Positions 60,523-64,000 of a stretch of DNA of 64,000 nt are shown in pieces (the stretch's first letter is position 1; the number at the start of each line of letters is the position of its first letter). Source of the DNA: an uncultured Candidatus Sumerlaeota bacterium (GTDB lineage: Bacteria; Sumerlaeota; Sumerlaeia; SLMS01; CAYUNT01); NCBI GenBank assembly GCA_964446285.1, contig CAYUNT010000002.1, positions 32 to 64,031 of the forward strand. The letters are read 5' to 3'. The position numbers and the translations under genes are program-made. The notes below the pieces were generated by a model, which saw nothing but the letters and a program-made list of their open reading frames with translations, was not told the origin of the DNA and did not search any database.

Positions 60523-61422
60523 ATGAGTGGCGGAGAAAACGAATCGTTCAGCCGGGAAGCAAGGCAGGCGCTTGCCTTTGCGCGGCGCGAGGCGGGGCGG
60601 TTGCTTCATCCCGCCATCGAACCCGAGCATATCCTTCTCGGCATCCTTCGCGCGGACGATTGCCAGGCGGCTTCGCTCATCCGCCAACGCGAGGCCGATC
60701 CCGACCTCGTGCGCCTCGAAGTGGAGCGAATGATCCGAACCCCTGCGCCGCCGCGCCTCGCGCTCGATATTCCCTTTTCGCCCCGCTCGGAGGACTTTCT
60801 GGCCCAGGTGGATTCCATCCGCCACTCGCTCGGGCACGATCAAATCCGCACAATCCATTTGCTGCTCGCCATGACGGGCGACACCTCGCTGCCTGTCTGC
60901 GCCATCCTCGCGCGCCACGGCGTCACGATCCGCGCCGTCCTCGAACGCCTCCTGATCGAGCAGGGCATTGTGCGCGACTCGTCGCCGCTCGAACTCCTTA
61001 TCATTCGCAACCTCGTGAAAACAGGCCGCCTTACCGACGGCATAGCCCGCGCCCTGCTTCAACGCAACGCCCACGAAAACGTCAAAGACATCCTGCTGGC
61101 GGAAGGCCACCTGACCGAGATGGACGTGGCGCGCATCCTCGCCCGCGAATCCGGCGCGCAAAGCGTGGACCTCGCCGAATTCGACCCGGACGCCTCGCTT
61201 CTGCGCCAGTTCCCCGCGGATTTGGCGCGCAGGCTCGAGGTGCTGCCGCTCCGCTACGACAAAGACGAAGACGCCCTGTTTATTGCTGTGGCCAATCCGC
61301 TCGAAAGGGACCACATCGAGGAAATTCAGAATTTGTGGGGCGTCAAGGTGGTCACGATGGTCGCGCCCGAATTTACGCTCAAACGCCTCATCGCGGAGCA
61401 CTACCCCGCCTCTTCCGCCTAG
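60523..61422 (+). CDS. Clp N-terminal domain repeats fused to a GspE-N (T2SSE N-terminal, MshEN-like) domain; no ATPase
   Basis: Clp_N-like repeats (ARQALAFARREAGRLLHPAIEPEHILLGILR; IRTIHLLLAMTGD). C-terminal GspE-N-like fold (VDLAEFDPDASLLRQFPADLARRLEVLPLRYDKDEDALFIAVANPLE). Confidence 0.6.
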   Translation: MSGGENESFSREARQALAFARREAGRLLHPAIEPEHILLGILRADDCQAASLIRQREADPDLVRLEVERMIRTPAPPRLALDIPFSPRSEDFLAQVDSIRHSLGHDQIRTIHLLLAMTGDTSLPVCAILARHGVTIRAVLERLLIEQGIVRDSSPLELLIIRNLVKTGRLTDGIARALLQRNAHENVKDILLAEGHLTEMDVARILARESGAQSVDLAEFDPDASLLRQFPADLARRLEVLPLRYDKDEDALFIAVANPLERDHIEEIQNLWGVKVVTMVAPEFTLKRLIAEHYPASSA

Positions 61423-61740
61423 GCAGGGCAAAAGGGGCGCCGCGCGCGACGCGGAAAAGCCGATTGCCCTCGGGCGCGGGGGCTGCTACGCAGTGATGCC
61501 ATCGCGCGCCGAGCGAACGCCTCTGGATTTCGCCCGGCCTTTCCTTCTCATCGTTCCTGGAATCCCGGCGATGGGCCGAATTCCCGCTGGTTCTTTGCCC
61601 CCTCCTCCCCGCCGCCCATCCAAAACGCCAGCGCCCGCTGCGCCGCGGAGAAACATAGCATAATGAAAATAGCCGCCATCGTATATTTGGTATATATTGT
61701 GGTTTTGGTGATATGGGGATGGATCGCGCGGCGCTGGCGC

Positions 61741-62796
61741 ATGGTCGGACGCCATTTTGTATATCAGATATTGATCGCCGGCGCGTTCTTCATGCTCCTG
61801 CCGTTTTATTGGATGCTCATCACGTCGTTCAAAGACGCCTCGCAATCCAACACCTTCCCGCCCAACTGGCTTCCGGTGCGCGCGCGTAATTACGTCGAGC
61901 ACGAGGGCCGCAAAGAACGTGTCGATATTGTAAAACGAGGCCGCAAGCCCACGGACCCCGTGCAGGTGGTTCCCGATTCGGCTGTCGGATTCCAAAAGGA
62001 AATCAGCCCGAGCGGACACATTGTGCATCAGAAGGGCTGGCCCGAAAAGGCAGTGTTCAGCGTTCCCGCGGACGCCATCAGCCAGCGCATCGAAATGTCG
62101 CTTTCGCCGGTCAATTTCATCGAGGCGTGGTATGCGCCCGAGGTTTCGACGCTCGGCGCGGTGAATTTCGGGCGATATTTCTGGGTTTCGATCTACACAG
62201 GCGTGCTCTCCACCGCCGGAACGCTCATCACGGCCGCGCTCGCCGCCTATGCATTCTCCCGGATGCGATTCATCGGAAAAGGACTGTTTTTTTACATCGT
62301 TCTGGCAACGATGATGGTCCCCGGCCAGGTTTTGCTCATCCCGGACTTTATTATTCTCGACATGCTCCACTGGCTCGATACGCCGCTCGCCCTGATTGTG
62401 CCGTGGCTGGCATCCGTATTTACCATTTTCCTTATGCGGCAGTTTTTCATGACGATCCCCGACGACCTCTGGGATGCGGCGCAAATCGACGGCGCGGGGC
62501 GATTCCGGTTCCTTTGGCAGGTCGTGACGCCGCTTTCAAAACCCGTATTCATCACAGCGGGGATTTTTACATTTCTTGCCCAATGGAACTCGTTGCTGTG
62601 GCCCTTGATCGTCACCTCCAGCCCCGAGATGCGAACGCTCATGGTCGGCTTGCAGACCTTCAACCAGGAGGCTGGCTCCGACTATCATCTGCTGATGGCC
62701 GCATCGTCGCTCGCCATCCTGCCCGTAGTGCTCTTGTTCTTCTTCCTGCAGCGATTCTTCATCCAGGGCATCGCGCGCGCCGGACTGAAGTCCTAG
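61741..62796 (+). CDS. carbohydrate ABC transporter permease (MalG/UgpE-like) with a large periplasmic insert; no adjacent partner genes
   Basis: EAA-loop region (WDAAQIDGAGRFRFLWQVVTPLSKP) and six TM segments. An alternative longer start at 61663 adds an extra N-terminal helix. Confidence 0.75.
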   Translation: MVGRHFVYQILIAGAFFMLLPFYWMLITSFKDASQSNTFPPNWLPVRARNYVEHEGRKERVDIVKRGRKPTDPVQVVPDSAVGFQKEISPSGHIVHQKGWPEKAVFSVPADAISQRIEMSLSPVNFIEAWYAPEVSTLGAVNFGRYFWVSIYTGVLSTAGTLITAALAAYAFSRMRFIGKGLFFYIVLATMMVPGQVLLIPDFIILDMLHWLDTPLALIVPWLASVFTIFLMRQFFMTIPDDLWDAAQIDGAGRFRFLWQVVTPLSKPVFITAGIFTFLAQWNSLLWPLIVTSSPEMRTLMVGLQTFNQEAGSDYHLLMAASSLAILPVVLLFFFLQRFFIQGIARAGLKS

Positions 62797-62828
62797 CGGC
62801 AAAGGGCGGGCACAAGGCAGGATGGGGA

Positions 62829-62927
62829 AGTTGTGAGTTGAGAGTTGTGGGTTGTGGGTTGTGGGTTGTGAGTAGTGGGTTGTGGGTTGTGAGATTTTCC
62901 GGTGGCTTGGACGTCCCGTCCAAGATT
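62829..62927. repeat. composite repeat: (GTTGTGR)n heptamer array (62829-62892) plus GC hairpin ttccggtggcttggacgtcccgtccaagattc (62896-62927)
   Basis: Read directly. Lies just after the permease stop in the same architecture as 38937-39072. Confidence 0.65.
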
Positions 62928-63193
62928 CTTTGATGAGTTTTTAGATAGGCTCTTTTTACCTCCAACCAGTCCCAGGTTGAGCGCTCACGCGCTCAGGGCA
63001 TGCGGAAAATGCGCGAGTGCGGAGCCTCGCGGTCCCAGGTTCGGCAGAGCGAGCGCGAAATTTCCCTGCAAATCGAATGATGCGCTTCGCGGGGCTTGCC
63101 TTGGCGGACCTCTTCATGCAGTGTCGCGCGAGATGCGGCTATTAAGGCGTTCCCAGGGCGCCAAATACTCCACCCAACAGGAGGCGCAACCAG

Positions 63194-64000
63194 ATGAGAT
63201 TTATCAAATCGTTTTTCAATTACATCCTCAGCATCAACACGATCTGGGGATTTATGATCGTGATCGCGCTTTTGCTGGCGCTCTTTCAGCACATCGCATC
63301 CACCAAAACCCCCCTTCCGCTCGAAAAATGGCTGGAAGGACCTAATAAAGTGGGCATCAAGGTGGTGGACAAGGACGACAAGGTCTATGGGGCCGGCTTC
63401 ACTTTGCGGCGCGAAAACAACAGTTATCTGGCCGTCGAGCAGCCGCCCGATCCGCTCCCGGACGTTCCCTGGCTGGCTGGCGCGGAGCCTTCGCCCAAAG
63501 GCGGATGGATTTTCAAATGGAGCGCGGGCGCCAAGGCCACTGAGGAGGCGGCCGATGCTTCGAGCGCCAAAGCGGTCATCAAAGGCGATTATGAGGCGCT
63601 CCTTGACGGAAACAAAGTGTCGGGCGGCGTATTTGAGGGGGGCGTTGTCGAGATTCCTCTCGACGAAAAGGTGCTTGCACAGGGGGACAACTTTCTGGTG
63701 GTCCGCCTGACGCACCTCCAAAGTCCTGTTCGCCAATCGCGGTTTCTCATCATCCGGGATGGTTCCAACTGCATTTTCCAGAAACTCGATCCGGATGAGA
63801 CGGCCCCGTTTCTGAAGAATGTTTCGGCGAAAAGCGGCGCTGTGCAGATCGCATGGGACATCAAGACCTACGGCAAATACGCTGTTTCTCTGAATGAAAA
63901 GACACTTGCCGCCGGGAAACTTGTCACGCTCAAGACAATGACCGACGCGGCCTTTGATTACGCCAAAACCGCCTTCAACATCGGCCTGGGTCTTGTGGCC
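63194..64000 (+). CDS. partial CDS (3' end beyond window): N-terminally membrane-anchored hypothetical protein
   Basis: ATGAGATTTATCAAATCG... encodes MRFIKSFFNYILSINTIWGFMIVIALLLALFQ (TM). The frame stays open to the window end with high-GC third positions. Absent from the ORF track, presumably because it lacks a stop. Confidence 0.45.
   Translation, partial: MRFIKSFFNYILSINTIWGFMIVIALLLALFQHIASTKTPLPLEKWLEGPNKVGIKVVDKDDKVYGAGFTLRRENNSYLAVEQPPDPLPDVPWLAGAEPSPKGGWIFKWSAGAKATEEAADASSAKAVIKGDYEALLDGNKVSGGVFEGGVVEIPLDEKVLAQGDNFLVVRLTHLQSPVRQSRFLIIRDGSNCIFQKLDPDETAPFLKNVSAKSGAVQIAWDIKTYGKYAVSLNEKTLAAGKLVTLKTMTDAAFDYAKTAFNIGLGLVA

Noticed and set aside
62759-62965. 68-aa minus-strand ORF encoding TTHNP/TTLNSQ repeats.
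   Set aside because: It is simply the reverse translation of the (GTTGTGR)n array in the intergenic region after the permease gene. It has no independent start context and was judged non-coding.
1-64000. Search for tRNA, rRNA, tmRNA, RNase P and SRP RNA genes, and for cobalamin or SAM riboswitches upstream of metH.
   Set aside because: No cloverleaf-like segments with conserved T-loop or acceptor features, no rRNA-like conserved blocks and no B12-box were recognised by eye in the intergenic regions. A covariance-model scan (tRNAscan-SE, Infernal/Rfam) would be needed to be certain.

Overview
This is a high-GC (about 65%), gene-dense bacterial chromosomal segment. Most genes are housekeeping: a GH4 glycosidase, a ROK regulator, mutS, proB, obg, nusB, hisG, a gltD-like oxidoreductase, a GAF sensor kinase, metH, two PBP4 paralogs and addAB. 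Two prepilin-type N-terminal methylation-domain (DUF1559-like) proteins point to a Planctomycetota/PVC-type organism; this is an inference from the sequence, not a database result.

Accessory and unusual content:
- An IS630-family element whose two transposase frames join at an A7 tract, immediately followed by a roughly 1.4 kb low-GC island encoding two small exported proteins.
- A roughly 0.9 kb low-GC nucleotidyltransferase cassette bracketed by 33-bp imperfect direct repeats, inserted between metH and the PBP4 genes.
- A ParE/RelE-like toxin and antitoxin pair.
- A yqjD/yqjE/yqjK-like membrane stress module.
- A Clp_N plus GspE-N (MshEN-like) fusion protein with no ATPase domain.
- Several families of short structured repeats: (GTTGTGR)n heptamer arrays linked to a GC hairpin, a 66-bp repeat, long-stem hairpins and a TIR-flanked miniature element. 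Some copies are embedded in-frame in coding regions (two GT-C-like membrane proteins, addB, the gltD leader).
- A secreted-protein gene interrupted by a single in-frame TAG.

The best candidate for an undescribed system is a translationally coupled five-gene operon (29772-34670). It encodes one soluble hybrid-barrel-like protein and four membrane proteins with no family signature I can recognise, directly downstream of an amidase-domain lipoprotein.

Start coordinates follow the supplied ORF track, which reports GTG/TTG starts as M; likely true starts are noted where visible. No tRNA, rRNA or CRISPR array was recognised.
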